Positions 39,520 through 53,020 are shown, counted from the first letter of the stretch. The stretch: DNA of 64,000 nucleotides from Chiloscyllium plagiosum (GCF_004010195.1 NC_057752.1:7693651-7757650), one strand, 5' to 3'. Translations and numbers: made by a program. Notes: generated by a model from the letters alone, not told the origin.

Positions 39520-40225
39520 CCATAAGACCATAAGATGTCAGAGTAGAATTAGGTCATTCGGCCCATCGGCTCTGCTCCACCATTCGATCATGGCTGATAT
39601 GTTTCTCAACACCATTTCTTCTGCTTTCTCCCCGGAATCCTTGATCCTTTTACTAATCAAGATACTATGTATCTCTGAGTAAAGACACTCAATGACTTGG
39701 CCTCCACAGCCTTCTGCAGCAATGAACTCCATCCTCTGGCTGAAGAAATTCCTCCTCATCTCAGTCCGAAAGGGCTATCCCTTCACCCTGAGGCAATGCC
39801 CTCAGGTCCTAGTCTCTCCTACTAGTGGAAACATCTTCTTCATATCCAATCTATCCAGGCCTCTCAGTATTCTGTACATTTCAATCAGATCCCCCCGTAT
39901 CCTTCTAAACTCCATCGCATACTAACCCAGAGTCCTCAAATGCATCTCATATGAAAAGACCTTAAAACCTGGGATCATACTTGTGAACCTCTTCTGAAAC
40001 CCTCTAAGACCAGCATATCCCTCCTCACATACAGGTCACAATATTCCAAATGCAACCTGACTAGACCTGATTCAGCCACGTCTATACATCCCTTTTGAAA
40101 TGAATGCTAACATTGCATTTGCCTTCCTCACTGCCAACTGAACCTGCATGTTAACCTTAAGAGAATCCTGAACTAGGATTCCCAAGCCCCTCTGTGCTTC
40201 AGATTTCTAAAGCCTTTCCCCATTC
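39520..40225 (-). mobile_element. CR1 3' fragment
   Basis: CATAAGAC tail repeats, MRRNFFSQR; colinear with 11448-12190. Confidence 0.88.
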
Positions 40226-40555
40226 AGGTTCAGAAGGAAACTTTGTTCAGACTACGGTGTACCACCCTACCTCGGCTGATGAACCAGTTGTTCATCGTCA
40301 TATTGAACAACACTTGAAAGAAACACTGAGGGTGGAAAAGATGCAAACTCTGGGTGGGGGATGTGACTGCCCACCACCGAGATTGGCTTGGTAGCAATAC
40401 TACTGATTGAGCTGGCCAGGTCCTAAAGAACATAGCTGCCAGACTGGGTCTGTAGCAAGTGGTGAGGGAACCAACAAGAGGGAGAAACATACTTGACCTC
40501 ATCCTTACCAATCTGCTCGTTGTTGAAGCATCTGTCCATGACAGTATCATTAAGA
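40226..40555 (+). mobile_element. LINE apurinic-endonuclease fragment
   Basis: TTVYHPTSADE...QVVREPTRGRNILDLILTN...SVHDSI. Confidence 0.75.
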
Positions 40556-41631
40556 GTAATTTTAAAAAGGACCAAATGTTGTAGAATATTAATGTAAAAA
40601 CAGCCCTATTACATAGCCCACAAAACACATTGAATTGAGATCCAAATTCAAATAAAGCAAAACAGTTACTTAAAAGGATTTTGGGTTTCACCCCCACACT
40701 CCCTGTGAGATAAAACCAGTTCCCTGTAATTACAAATATTCTGCCAATTGACTCCTTATTCCCAGACTAAAGACAATGCGGTTGTATAAGGTCATCATTC
40801 TTCTTGGGTTTAAAAAATGCTGGAAATCTTTAGCATGGCTTTCCCTTCCATTTTTCAACAGTTTCAACCCTTGCAAGGTTGACTGATGTTATAAGCATCC
40901 TCAAATTTTGACCATACACAGTGAACACAGACAACTAAAACTTCAACCAGCAAATAGGTATTGCTTAATATTTCAGTAACAGATCTGGGTCTTGATTGGT
41001 CCATTATGTCATAATCATCAACCCTTTCCATGTGAATTTCCTATCTATTGTCAGGAATGCTTGTCCCATTTTTAAAGTCGCAACTTCCTAACTTGCCTCT
41101 ATATACTACTTCCATGTCCGCAGTCTCCACACCCACTTTAGGGTCCTGACCTTTGTGTGGGGGATTTCTCCTCTTAACAACCGGTCTAAGGCACAGTGGT
41201 TGAGATAGACACACTATTTGTATTTATTTTATGTACTATGCTCTGGAGCCTAAAACCTCACTATTAGAGAACTCTGACCTCCAAATTCCAGGGGGACTTT
41301 AACCTCCCTTTCCAGGTGACTGAAACCTCCCTTCCCAGTGAACTTATCGATGTACAAGTGCATAAGTTATCTCAGAGATTCCGTCACTACAGAGTCCCAG
41401 GGGATGAGGGGTCTAGTGAGTGAGACCAAGGTAACTCTTACCAAGTGGGCCCATCTGTCTCATGTTACCGTCACACAGGCAATCACTTACTCAGTCCATC
41501 TAGAAGCTCTGTATATATTGGAATCCCACTGCTGCCACAAAAAGTAAGGTTCTTTTTTTCTTGAGATTCTTACATACTTGATCCAACTGCAATACGCCAA
41601 CTTTTGTGAACAGTCAAAATTTATTAAGCAA

Positions 41632-42131
41632 NNNNNNNNNNNNNNNNNNNNNNNNNNNNNNNNNNNNNNNNNNNNNNNNNNNNNNNNNNNNNNNNNNNNN
41701 NNNNNNNNNNNNNNNNNNNNNNNNNNNNNNNNNNNNNNNNNNNNNNNNNNNNNNNNNNNNNNNNNNNNNNNNNNNNNNNNNNNNNNNNNNNNNNNNNNNN
41801 NNNNNNNNNNNNNNNNNNNNNNNNNNNNNNNNNNNNNNNNNNNNNNNNNNNNNNNNNNNNNNNNNNNNNNNNNNNNNNNNNNNNNNNNNNNNNNNNNNNN
41901 NNNNNNNNNNNNNNNNNNNNNNNNNNNNNNNNNNNNNNNNNNNNNNNNNNNNNNNNNNNNNNNNNNNNNNNNNNNNNNNNNNNNNNNNNNNNNNNNNNNN
42001 NNNNNNNNNNNNNNNNNNNNNNNNNNNNNNNNNNNNNNNNNNNNNNNNNNNNNNNNNNNNNNNNNNNNNNNNNNNNNNNNNNNNNNNNNNNNNNNNNNNN
42101 NNNNNNNNNNNNNNNNNNNNNNNNNNNNNNN
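41632..42131. other. Assembly gap (500 N)
   Basis: Run of N. Confidence 1.
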
Positions 42132-42760
42132 TTAGGCAACGTTTGGAATACTGCATGCAATTCTGGTCTCCCGCCATAGGAAGGATGTTGTGAAACTTGA
42201 AAGGGTGCAGAAAAGATTTATAAGGATGTTGCCGGGGTTGGAGAATTTGAGCTATAGGGAGAGGCTGAATAGGCTATTTTCCATGGAGCGTCGGAGGCTG
42301 AGGGGTGACCTTATAGGGGTTTATAAAATCATGAGGGGCATGGATAGGATAAATAGAGTCTCTGGCGCTGTGAGGCAGCAGTGCTAACCACTGTGCCACA
42401 GTGCCGCCCACTGGGTATGGGGAGGGTAAACAGTCAAGGTCTTTTCCCTGGGGTGGGGGAGCCCAGAACTAGAGGGCATAGGTTTAGGGTGAGAGAGGAA
42501 AGATTTAAAAGAGACCGAAGGGGTAACTTTTTAACGCAGAAGGTGGTACGTGTATGGAATGAGCTGCCAGAGGAAGAAGTGGAGGCTGATGCAATAACAA
42601 CATTTAAAAGGCATCTGGATGGGTATTTGAATGGGAAGGGTTTTGAGGGATATGGGCCAAGTACTAGCAAATAGGACTAGATTAGGTTGGGATATTTGGT
42701 CGGCATGGACAAATTGGACCGAAGGGTCTGTTTCCATGCTGTACATCTCTATGACTCTCT
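42132..42760 (+). mobile_element. CR1 3' fragment containing a reversed SINE head (42357-42409)
   Basis: LEYCMQFWSP...RRLRGDL...RTRGHRFRVR...WNELP; insert is the reverse complement of GGGCGGCACTGTGGCACAGTGGTTAGCACTGCTGCCTCACAGCGCCAGAGAC. Confidence 0.9.
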
Positions 42761-42974
42761 GACCTGTTAAGGAATGTTATTACACACTCTCTAGAGCAGG
42801 TGGGACTTGAACCTGGACTTCCTACCTCAGAGATATTGACCCCTTCAACTGTATCACAAGAACCCCCTTCTGCTTCATTCTAATGTAGCCTCATTTTTTT
42901 TAGGTGTGTGTTTGTGCACACCTGATCTGCATTCATCCATCACTAATAAATGTGCAAGAACAGTTGGCAATGAT

Positions 42975-43570
42975 TGGTTCTCCAATATTCTTATGAAGTT
43001 GTCTGACGAGTAAAGATTGAGCAGGTTAGTCCTGTACCTATGGGAGCTAAGAAGAAAAAGAAGTAATCTTATCGAAATGTATGAGGTCCTAGACAGGGTA
43101 CTAGAGGGGACTAGACAAGGTAGATGCTGAGACAATATTTCCCTTTGTGGGATATATGTGAAGTATGGGGTACAATTTAAAGTTTACAGTTAATGATGGA
43201 GATGAAGAGATTTTTTTTTCTCCCGGAATGTCATTGGTTTGTGGAATTCTTTCCCCCAGAGGTTAATGGAGGCTGGGTTATTGAATATTGTTAAGCCTGA
43301 GTTAGATGGATTTTTGATTGACACACTGCTGCTATTGAGCATTGGTGGTGATGGGAATGAAATATTTATGGATGTGGTGCCAATCAAGCAGGCTACTTTG
43401 TCCTGGGTGGTGTCAAGCTTCTTGAGTGTTGTTGGAGCTGGCAAATGGGGAGTATTCCATCACACTCCTTACTTGTGGACAGGCTTTGGGAAGTCTGGGA
43501 TGAGTTACTCACTGCAGTATTCCCAGCCTCTGTCCTGCTCATGTAGCTACTGTATTTATATGGCTGGTGA
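42975..43570. mobile_element. CR1 3' fragment (plus, to ~43320) abutting a second-family LINE fragment (minus)
   Basis: LWNSFPQRLMEAG...KPELDGFL; PTTLKKLDTTQDKVACLIG. Confidence 0.7.
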
Positions 43571-44924
43571 AGGAAATTGCAAATTTGAGCCCATATTCCA
43601 ACACCCAATGTGTACACTCCCCAGTGGCACTCTATAATGATTTCAGCTGCAATTCCATACTTATTTATGTCATAGGTATTTAATATGATTAAATAGTACA
43701 GAAAAATGATGCACACTTTCAAAGCTACAAGAACATTCCCATAGCCTTCTAATTCAGCAGAAGACTAGCAGAACCTTCTGGCAAAGATTGCAGTGAACAA
43801 TCCATCCATCTCTTACAGGAGACAGACAGTGACTGTGATGCTGTATACCAGGAGTTCCTGCTCCTCAGATTCTGCTGAAATTTGACATTTCAATAGCAGC
43901 CAATATGCTGATTGAGTGGAGGTTTGCCAGCTTCAATGAAGGAGAATGTCAATCTGACCATTAGAATCCAGACCAGGGGATCTATGCAAGCTAGCAGGAG
44001 CAGTGTGTCTGGACACTGCTGGATTAATTCAAGCATCACTGTGACTTTTAGTAACACAGTGAGGAGATAATAAGGTATACCAGGAAACTGAAGATGAATC
44101 TTCTATTTTGGATAAGCACGGGTTTGGACTTAACTGTATGCCCACTATGGCTGAAAAGTCTATTGATGTTCACTATCTACAGTTGCACAGGAAGAATCCC
44201 TATTGAGTAAAATACTGGAAAAGGGAAGGTGGATGGGAAACTGTAACCCAGTAAGGCATTACACCTTCAGAAGAAGGTGAAAACAAAGGACCAGAAGTCC
44301 ATGTTGATTGGCAATAGTTTCCAGCTTTGTAAGTGTAAGCGGCAAGTGCACATCAGCTGCGTCTCAACATGCTTCACCAAAGACTGGCATCAGACCAGCT
44401 ATTACTGGCACAAAACGTGCGTGCAATTCTCCAAGTACTTAGCAAAGTATCTCATTGTAAATTAAAACTTCATACAGCCATTTAAATGGAAATAAGACAG
44501 GATAATTGGGCAATTTACTCTGACTTATACATAAAGTTTATGGATAAATATTTAACATTTCCTTGGAAATTACTTGTGATCTTTAAACAGTGACTTAAAT
44601 CAGTTTAACAGCAGTAAGCCAGCATGTGTCATATGGTTTTAATAAAAATTACATCAAGATGAGTGTTAATGTTTATGAAGTAGGTGAATTTATGGATCTC
44701 TGCTGTTTCACTCCAACTAAATGGGATGAATTCCAAAGTGGTTTCCGGATCCTAATTAAATCAAGTCCAATCCCTGTTGAATTGATTAAGAATGTTTAAA
44801 AATATGAATTAATTTGAATTTGGATTCAATTTACCATTCCCAAAAGAAAAATATGCATTAAAACAATTTTTCAAGAGGTGACTTGTACTATTACGCATTA
44901 TAGTTCTGATAAGTGGAGGCTACT

Positions 44925-45027
44925 AGAGACAAAAAAACTGAAGAAGGGTTATACCCGAAACATTGACTTCTCCACCTCCTGATGCTGCCTGACTTGCTGT
45001 GTTCTTTCAGCCTCCTGCTTGTCTATC
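44925..45027 (+). mobile_element. Short Penelope-like terminal fragment with a hammerhead core
   Basis: CTGAAGA-AGGGTTATACCC-GAAAC-ATT; imperfect TSD TAAGTGGAGGCTACT / TAGGTGGAAGCTACT. Confidence 0.7.
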
Positions 45028-45319
45028 TAGGTGGAAGCTACTGACAGCTTAGTACTAACTTTGACCTTTGGCAAATGATTATAAAGCTTTAGAGGTTTGA
45101 ATGTTTGTTTTATGTGGCTACATTAATGAGTGGATACTATTATGCATTTTCAATGCCTATCAATTAATTAGAACCCAGTCTTCAAACATGACATTCTATT
45201 GCCCATGCATGCTGCGAGACAGCATCATATTACAATGTTTGTACTTCACGATTTAATACTTGGGGAAAATAGCATTCAATGGGACTGGTTTTCATGTTTC
45301 TTCCACAACTTTGATTTTT

Positions 45320-46080
45320 GAAAATTCTTTCGTGCATTTGATGTTGCTAGCTGGACCAGCACCTACTGTCCACCTGTAATTGCTCTTGGTGACAGTGAGG
45401 TGCCACCTTGAACTCTTACAGTCCATGTGTTGTAAGGTAATGAGGGAGTTCCAGGATTTCAACCCAGCAATGATGCAGTGGCAATATATTCTCAAATTAA
45501 GATTTGGAGGAGAATTTAGAGGTCTTGGTGTTCCCATGTACCTGCTACCCTTGTCCTTATAGATAGTAGAGATTGCGTTCTTTGGATAAACCTTGGGGAA
45601 ATGTTGATGTGTATCTTGCAGATGGTACACCCTATACCACTGTGCACAAGTGCTGGAGGAGGTAATATTTAAAGTGGTGGATGGGGTGCTAATCACATGG
45701 ATTGCTTTGCTGTATGTGGTTCTGAGTGTCTTGAGTGTTGTTGGAGCTGCACTCACCCAGACAAGTGGAGAGTATTCCATCACACTCCTGACTTTGTACC
45801 TTGTAAATAGTGGAAATTATTTAGGAAGTTAGGAGCTGAGTCACTCACTGTGGGAACCCAAGCCATGACCTGTGACCACAACAGCTGGTAGTTTCTGCTC
45901 ATTGGTAACTTCCAGCATGTTGGTAATAAGGAATTTAACAATAGTAATGCCATTCTTTGTCATAATTGTTGGGTACTGTATGGTATTTATGCAGCGTGAA
46001 TGATACTTGCCACTTATCAGCCCAAGCCTGAATGTAGCCCATATCTTAACTGCTTCAGTATCTGAGGAACTGCAAGGAAA
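45320..46080 (-). mobile_element. Second-family LINE 3' fragment
   Basis: MMEYSPLVWVSAAPTTLKTL; reverse match to 8400-9200. Confidence 0.8.
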
Positions 46081-47257
46081 AAGGAAAGCTATGCAGATAT
46101 CTTCCCTCAGGCATTCAATCTTTTCGCCCTCTCTCCATTCGTTGGGCACCAACTCATAAATCTGAGGTCTCCATCTGCTTCACGTCATGTGAATCCGGAG
46201 AAAAAATAGGAAAATGGAGTATCCATGTCATCCCTTTGCCCTGAAATAAGTCTCTATAATGAGATATCTTGCCTCTTGGTACATTCCCTGAATCAGTCCC
46301 TTGCTACAGGCAGAAGTCATGGCAACTTACGGATATGCATCACACAGATTGAAAGGCATGAATTCACAGACATTTAGGACTGGTCAGAGTGGGAAACTTG
46401 GAGGCATTATCAGGAAACTACCTTGTGCACTCCAACTACCTGTAATGCTTTTTGGGTGGCTGAAGTCTGTGACAAACCTGCAGCTTGTGCCAAGCTCCGT
46501 AACTTGGAAATAGAAAGATTGGAGGAAATTTTCAATTGCAGTGAAGGTAGATATAGAGCAGCGATACCAAAACCATTTCCCATTTCATTCCCATTTTTGT
46601 GCTTGAAAATTGGTGTCACCCCAAACCTCTGAGGGGGGCAGGGGTGGACATTTGCATGGAAGCCTGTGGGGAGATAAGGAGTTGGTAACAAGGCCTGTGA
46701 CAACAACGATATGTGAGAGGGGTAAGAGATCTGTGTGGGCAGGGGTGGGGGGGGGGGTGCTATTCACTTGACAAAGATTTTACTTTTAAAAGTACCTACT
46801 TTTCCATGAGGTTTTGCTAAGTCACCAATCAGAGCTCAAGAATCAGCCAGTGAGGCCATGCCCACTGTTTCAAAAGGATTTGAAGGGGTCATGCAGCTGT
46901 TAGCACTCAGTTGAAGCCCCATGTTAGTCATTGCTGCCTTGGAGCTCACAATCCACTGTTTAGGAAGCCCTGGTGTAGGAGCAAAACAGAAAAAAAATGT
47001 TGGCAGGTTCAAAACCCAACATTATCCTGTTCACCTCTGTACTTATCCAGTGCTAGTTTGGAGGTGTGTTTAGAGACCCTGTGAGACAGGCAAGTCAGTA
47101 ATTATAAGACGTGAAATACTGATTGCATGAAAATTTAACACTGCATCTTGACTTTAATTGCTAACACAAGGGTTTCCCAAAATCTCTGAAACTTGCCAAA
47201 ATCAATAAGAGCACAGTGGGGATTGACTGGCTTGTGAAATTGTCAGGTTGCGAAGTC

Positions 47258-48480
47258 TTTTATACACTCAATGGTAAGGTCCTAGGGAGTGTTGCTGAAC
47301 AAAGAGACCTTGGAGTGCAGGTTCATAGTTCCTTGAAAGTGGAGTCGCAGGTTGATAGGATAGTGAAGAAGGCGTTTGGTATGCTTTCCTTTATTTATCA
47401 GAGTATTGAGTGCAAGAGTTGGGAGGTCATGTTGCAGCTGTACAGGACATTGGTTAGGCCACTGTTGGAATATTGCACGCAATTCTGGTCTCCTTCCTAT
47501 CGGAAAGATGTGAAACTTGAAAGGGTGTAGAAAAGATTTACAAGGATGTTGCCAGGGTTGGCGGATTTGAGCTTTAGGGAGAGGTTGAATAGCTTAAAAA
47601 CAAGGACTGCCTTTGCTGGAAACCAGAGTCTAGATTATAGTGGTGTTGGAAAAGCACAGCTGGTCAGGCAGCATCCGAGGAGCAGAAAAATTGACGTTTT
47701 GGGCAAAAGCCCTTCATCAGGAATAGAGGCAGGGTGCCTGCAGAGTGGAGAGATAAATGAGNNNNNNNNNNNNNNNNNNNNNNNNNNNNNNNNNNNNNNN
47801 NNNNNNNNNNNNNNNNNNNNNNNNNNNNNNNNNNNNNNNNNNNNNNNNNNNNNNNNNNNNNNNNNNNNNNNNNNNNNNNNNNNNNNNNNNCCATTCACCT
47901 ATTGTACTCTATGCTACTTTCTCCCCACCCCCACCCCCTTCTCATTTATCTCTCCATTCTGCAGGCACCCTGCCTCTATTCCTAATGAAGGACTTTTGCC
48001 CGAAACATCAATTTTCCTGCTCCTCGGATGCTGCCTGACCTGCTGAGTTTTTTCAGCACCACTCTAATCAGAAGAGGTTGAATAGGCTAGGGCTGTTTTC
48101 CCTGGAGCGTCCGAGGCTAAGGGGTGACCTTATAGAAGTTTATAAAATCATGAGGGACACAGTCTTTTCTCTGGGATGGGGGAGTCCAGAACTAGAGGGC
48201 ATAGGTTTAAGGTGAGAGGGGAAAGATATAAAAGATACCTAAGAGGCAACTTTTTCACTCAGTGGGTGGTGCGTGTATGGAATGAGCTGCCAGAGGAAGT
48301 GGTGGAGGCTGGTACAATTGCAACATTTAAAAGGCATCTGGATGGGTATATGAATAGGAAGGGTTTGGAGGGATATGGGCCGGGTACTGGCCGGGGACTA
48401 GATTGGATTGGGATATCTGGTCGGCAGGAAGAGTTGGACCAAAGTGTCTGTTTCTGTGCTGTACATCTCTATGACTCTAT
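47258..48480 (+). mobile_element. CR1 3' fragment interrupted by a Penelope-like insertion
   Basis: YTLNGKVL...QRDLGVQV...LVRPLLEYC...RTRGHRFKVRG...WNELP. Confidence 0.92.
47593..48072. mobile_element. Penelope-like insertion with inverted terminal copies around a 129-N gap (47762-47890)
   Basis: ~47632-47761 is the reverse complement of 47941-~48069; each arm has a mutated hammerhead core. 13-bp TSD AGAGGTTGAATAG (47580-47592 and 48073-48085). Confidence 0.85.
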
Positions 48481-48519
48481 AACTGAATGAGGATAGCTCC
48501 TTCTTTATCTAAGTCAAAA

Positions 48520-49170
48520 AAATTTACACACAGAACTTGCCAAGGATGAAGTCCATCAGCACCCAAGTACTCATCAGCTCACAACTCCAACAATTTACTC
48601 AGTACCAGTTCTCTGGTCATTGTGATGTTCATGAGCTCCTCCCTCCTTTCCATTTCCTGATTTATCACTGCTTCTGGGATGTTACTCTGTGATGAAGACG
48701 GATATAAAATACTTGTTCAATTCATTTGCCTTTTCCTTATTTTCTATTATTAATTCTCCAGTTTCACTTTCTATAGGACCATCACTTACTTTGTTATGTC
48801 TTTTTTAACTATTTATAGAAACTCTTACTATCTGTTAGCTTTCTGACAAGCTTCCTCTTATGCTGTAATTTTTCTCTGTTTATTAGTTTTTTGGTAATTT
48901 TTTGCTGTATTTTATATTCTGTCCAGTCTTCTGACCTGCCATGTGTCTTTGTTCTATCATATACTTTTTCTTTAAGGTTGATGCTATTTTTAAAATTTCT
49001 AGTCAGCCAAAGATGCTGGTTCTATCTCTTGGAAGTTTCTTATTTGTCGGAATGTATTTATTGTGTATATTCTGAAATATTCTCTTAAATATCTGCCACT
49101 GTATCTCTATTTGCCAATCCTTTAACCTAATTTGCTGATTCACTTTAACCAAGTCTGCTTACATACTCTC
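48520..49170 (-). mobile_element. Old CR1 ORF2 mid-region remnant
   Basis: GTGATGAAGACGGATATAAAATACTTGTTCA is the reverse complement of the LNKYF.SVF motif; pyrimidine-rich. Confidence 0.55.
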
Positions 49171-50654
49171 ATTGGGGAATTGGATTTGCTGTGATTTAAG
49201 ACACGGGTAGCAGAGTGGAGAATGTAGATTTTAAGTAAAGATTATGGTTCTTTAACATTTACAACAATATTGACAGTGATACATTTGTAAACTCCCAAGT
49301 GATTTCTCCTTGTAAAGCTCCTGAGTCTTTCTCTCTCTTTTCCTACGACTTTGACACAATACTACCCCTGTGGCCTCTGTAGAGCTAGAGACTGCTCGTT
49401 CCCCTCCTCTGATAGCTGAGATCCTTGTTACATATGACAGATACCAAAGACTATCTTACCTGCAGCTATGCAGGGGCAGGCAGATCTGGTTCTGATGAAA
49501 TGGACTGAAGGCAAAGGGGAGGAATGAGACTTCCTTGTGACTTTTCTTCATATTTCTTCTCATGATCCTCACTGCTACCTTAGAGCTTGAGAGATGGACT
49601 CCAATCTTTTTCCAATGGCTCACAGTAGCTCTGGAAATTCTGATTAAAATCTCTCACATTTCTGCTGCTGTTCTAGAATGGCCTCTTCATGGATGACTCC
49701 CAATGATCAGCATCCATACACCCTCCGACGGGACTCTTTACTGCTAGTTGTGTTTTCAACACTCGCTCTTGCTCACTTGTGATACATTATGTGGTAACAT
49801 AACTACTTGTTTTGGTGGCCCCAACAAGATGCGAGCATCTGAGCTGGTGACGCTGCCTCTCTGAGGACTCCTTGAACTGCTTCTACTCCATTTCCTGCAT
49901 CACGCTTGAAGGGCTTGTGGGCAGTCAGGGCTATGAATGCAAATTGGCAAAGATTCAAAGGCATCATTGTACAGATGATAGTTTATAGTTAGTAGTGACA
50001 TTAATTTAATATGAAAGGGTGTTATGTGCCAAGTAGTAGTGTGATATCTAATTCTGTCACAGATATCTGGGAAATTCCCAACTTTACATCTCTTTCTGTG
50101 GAGTTCTGTACTGTCTTCTGCAAGAATGAGATAGTTATTAGTGTCAGAAATGGAATGTTTTTGTGGAGGATAACTGTGAGGGGTGGGTATGAGATGGCAA
50201 CAGGATAAGGCTGACTGATAATGGGTGGCTATCCAGTTGGAAACGTGAGGAAGTGCCTTGAACAAGAGAGAAGAATAGGTGGAGTTGCAAAGTGTGTTCC
50301 TCTGAGAAATGCTATGTATGGGGCAAAAGAATGCTCGGAAAGTCAGAGAGGTTGCTGCTTGAATGTGAGGTGCTATTAACCTTTCCTAGTCTATTGAAGT
50401 AACTGAGTTACTTTTGGCACTAAATCTACATGTGAGGTACAACATTCCTGCTCTTCCCTGTTCCTTACCTACTATTTACAAATTCTGTCCATTAATTTCA
50501 CTAAGCTCAAGACTTCAGCATTACAGCTGGGATGTTGTCAATTGCCACAGCCTTTACTATGTACCACTGCTGAATGTCACATGGAGTAACCAACCTGGCT
50601 GAACACTAGTAGCAATAATACTGGGGACCTTGAGGAAAGAGACAAAATAGTATA

Positions 50655-50828
50655 CAGAGGAACCTCAATTATCCCAGTATTTGACTAACTGAATTTCGGA
50701 TGATCCGAAAAAGATCGCAAAGTCCCAGTGTGTGGCTAGCTATGTTATCCGGCATTGATTATTTGACATTCGATTAACCGAACGAAATACTTCCTGCCCG
50801 TGTCCTTCAGATAATCGAGGTTCCTCTG
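50655..50828. mobile_element. Tc1/mariner (Tigger-like) MITE
   Basis: TIRs CAGAGGAACCTCAATTATC and GATAATCGAGGTTCCTCTG; TA on the left flank. Confidence 0.8.
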
Positions 50829-51174
50829 TCATTCTCTCAACACATTTGGTCTATACACTTGTAAACACTTCACTCTTAAATCTTGCACTTATGCTCTACA
50901 ATAATTGAGGAAGGGGTATTCATGGAGTATCCTTGCCTTGTTAGTTGTCTGGTTCTCCATCCACTCTCTAATCTTAACTAGATGTGATAGAACTGTAGAG
51001 TTTTGATTGATCAGGTGGTTGTGGCACCATTTGTCCTTGACTGTAGCTGATGCTTTTGAACTTCAGCGTGCAAATAACCCTGTTTGATCGACATGCACCT
51101 CATTCTAAGGTAATCCTGATGCTGTTTCTGACACACAATTTGCATTCTACGTTCTGGTTTGGTATTGCAGATTA

Positions 51175-51345
51175 CAGTACAACCTCGATTATCCAAGTAT
51201 CAATTATCTGAATTTCGGATTATCTGAACAAAATCTCAAGGTACCATAAAAACGGCATTAGGTAACTCAGCATTCAGTTATCAGTTAAACAGCATTATGG
51301 CGTGTATTGTCAGATAATTGAGAAATGCTCAATATCCGGCGCTCT
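51175..51345. mobile_element. Related MITE, truncated next to a CR1
   Basis: TA-CAGTACAACCTCGATTATCC...GAATTTCGGATTATCTGAACAA, similar to 50655-50720. Confidence 0.65.
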
Positions 51346-51359
51346 TAAATTACTACCAA

Positions 51360-52262
51360 AATACCACCAAAATTGGAGGTGTGGTGGACAGCGAAGAAGG
51401 TTATCTCAGAGTACAATGGGATCTTGATCAGATGGGCCAATGGGCTGAGGAGTGGCAGATGGAGTTTAATTTAGATAAATGCGAGGTGTTGCATTTTGGA
51501 AAAGCGAATCTTAGCAGGACTTCTACACTTAATGGTAAGGTCCTAGAGAGTGTTACTGAACAGAGCGCAGGTTCATAGCTCCTTGGAAGTAGAGTTGCAG
51601 GTAGATAGGATAGTGAAGAAGGCGTTTGGTATGCTTTCCTTTATTGGTCAGAGCATTGATTATAGGAGCTGAGAGGTCATGTTGCAGCTGTACAGGACAT
51701 TGGTTAGGCCACATTTTGAATATTGCATGCAATTCTGGTCTCCTTCCCAACTGAAGAATGTTGCAAAACTTGAAAGGGTTCAGAAAAGATTTACAAGGAG
51801 GTTGCCAGGGTTAGAGGATTTAAGCTACAGGGAGAAGTTGAATAAGCTGGATCTGTTTTCCCCGGAGCATCGGAGGCTGAGGGATAACCTTATAGAGGTT
51901 TATAAAATCATGAGGGGCACGAATAGGATAAATAGCCAAGGTCTTTTCCCTGGGGTTGGGGAGTCCAGAGCTAGAGGGCATAGGTTTAGGGTGAGAGGGG
52001 AAAGATATAAAAGAGACCTAAGGGGCAACTTTTTCACGCAGAGGGTGGTGTGTGTATGGAATGAGTTGCCAGGGGAAGTGGTGGAGGTTGGTACAGTTAC
52101 AGCATTTAAAAGGCATCTGGATGGGTACATGAATAGAAAGGGTTTCGAGGGATATGGACCAAGTGCTGCCAAATGGGACTGAATTAGGTTAGGATATCTG
52201 GTCGGCATGAATGAGTTGGACTGAAGGGTCTATTTCCGTGCTGTACATCTCTATGACTCTAT
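51360..52262 (+). mobile_element. CR1 3' fragment
   Basis: TTKIGGVVDSEEGYLRVQWDLD...; ORF 51679-52182; ATGACTCT tail. Confidence 0.93.
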
Positions 52263-52744
52263 AACCTGCTTAGTTGATTGGGATGCCCCATTTACACCAA
52301 CCTGGGGAGCAATTGGAGCAGGATTTGGAGGGTCAGAAATGAGGCCACTGACAATCACCCCACTGTCCTTGCCTCAGCCATTCCTTTGCAATCCCCAACA
52401 CAAAAAGACTTTGCTCACTGTTGCAGCTCTTCATAGCTACATTGCTTGGGCCCACAGGGTTGGACTGGGACTTCAGTTGGAAGTCAGAAGCTTGCTGGGT
52501 CAGGATTTAAGTACCTAACTGGTGCTTGATATGGCAAGCTTTCTTTTTGGTGATGGTAAGGTATCTGTCAGTCTTAGCCCCCAAACTTACTGCATGCAGC
52601 ATTAAATTCCAGTCTTTGTCTTCAGAAGGACTATGCAGCGGTCACTTCCAACAGTGCTATTGTGGGGAGACATATCTGTGATAGTTGATGCCAACAGTGG
52701 GTTCCCTCTAACAACAAAGTTTCCACTTTCAAGTATTGACGCTA

Positions 52745-53020
52745 TTTAAAATTATGGGCTCATCCATTTGCAACAGAAGATGCAAAATCTCTTCTCTCAG
52801 AGTCATCAACATTTGGGAATCTCTTCCTGAAAAGGTTGTGGAAGCAGAAACTTTGAATATTTTTAAGGCAGAAGTGAATGAATTCTCGATAAGCAAGGAG
52901 GTGAAAGGTTATTGAGGTAGACAGGAATGTGGATCTGAGATTACAAGTCAGATTGGCTGTGATCTTATTGAATGGTGTAGCATACTCAAGGAGCCAAATG
53001 GCTCCTGCTCATTGTTCATT
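52745..53020 (+). mobile_element. CR1 3' end fragment
   Basis: TTCTCTCAGAG...TGGGAATCTCTTCCT...TTTAAGGCAGAAGTG...GATCTTATTGAATGG. Confidence 0.7.

Noticed and set aside
38841..39533. ORFs of 78-142 aa in a moderately GC-rich patch
   Set aside because: No recognisable domain or splice structure; probably an old repeat I cannot assign.
40560..41631. Possible retroelement remnant before the gap
   Set aside because: No motif could be read convincingly.
41578..42193. Long ORFs spanning N runs (also 47546-48046)
   Set aside because: Artefacts of assembly gaps.
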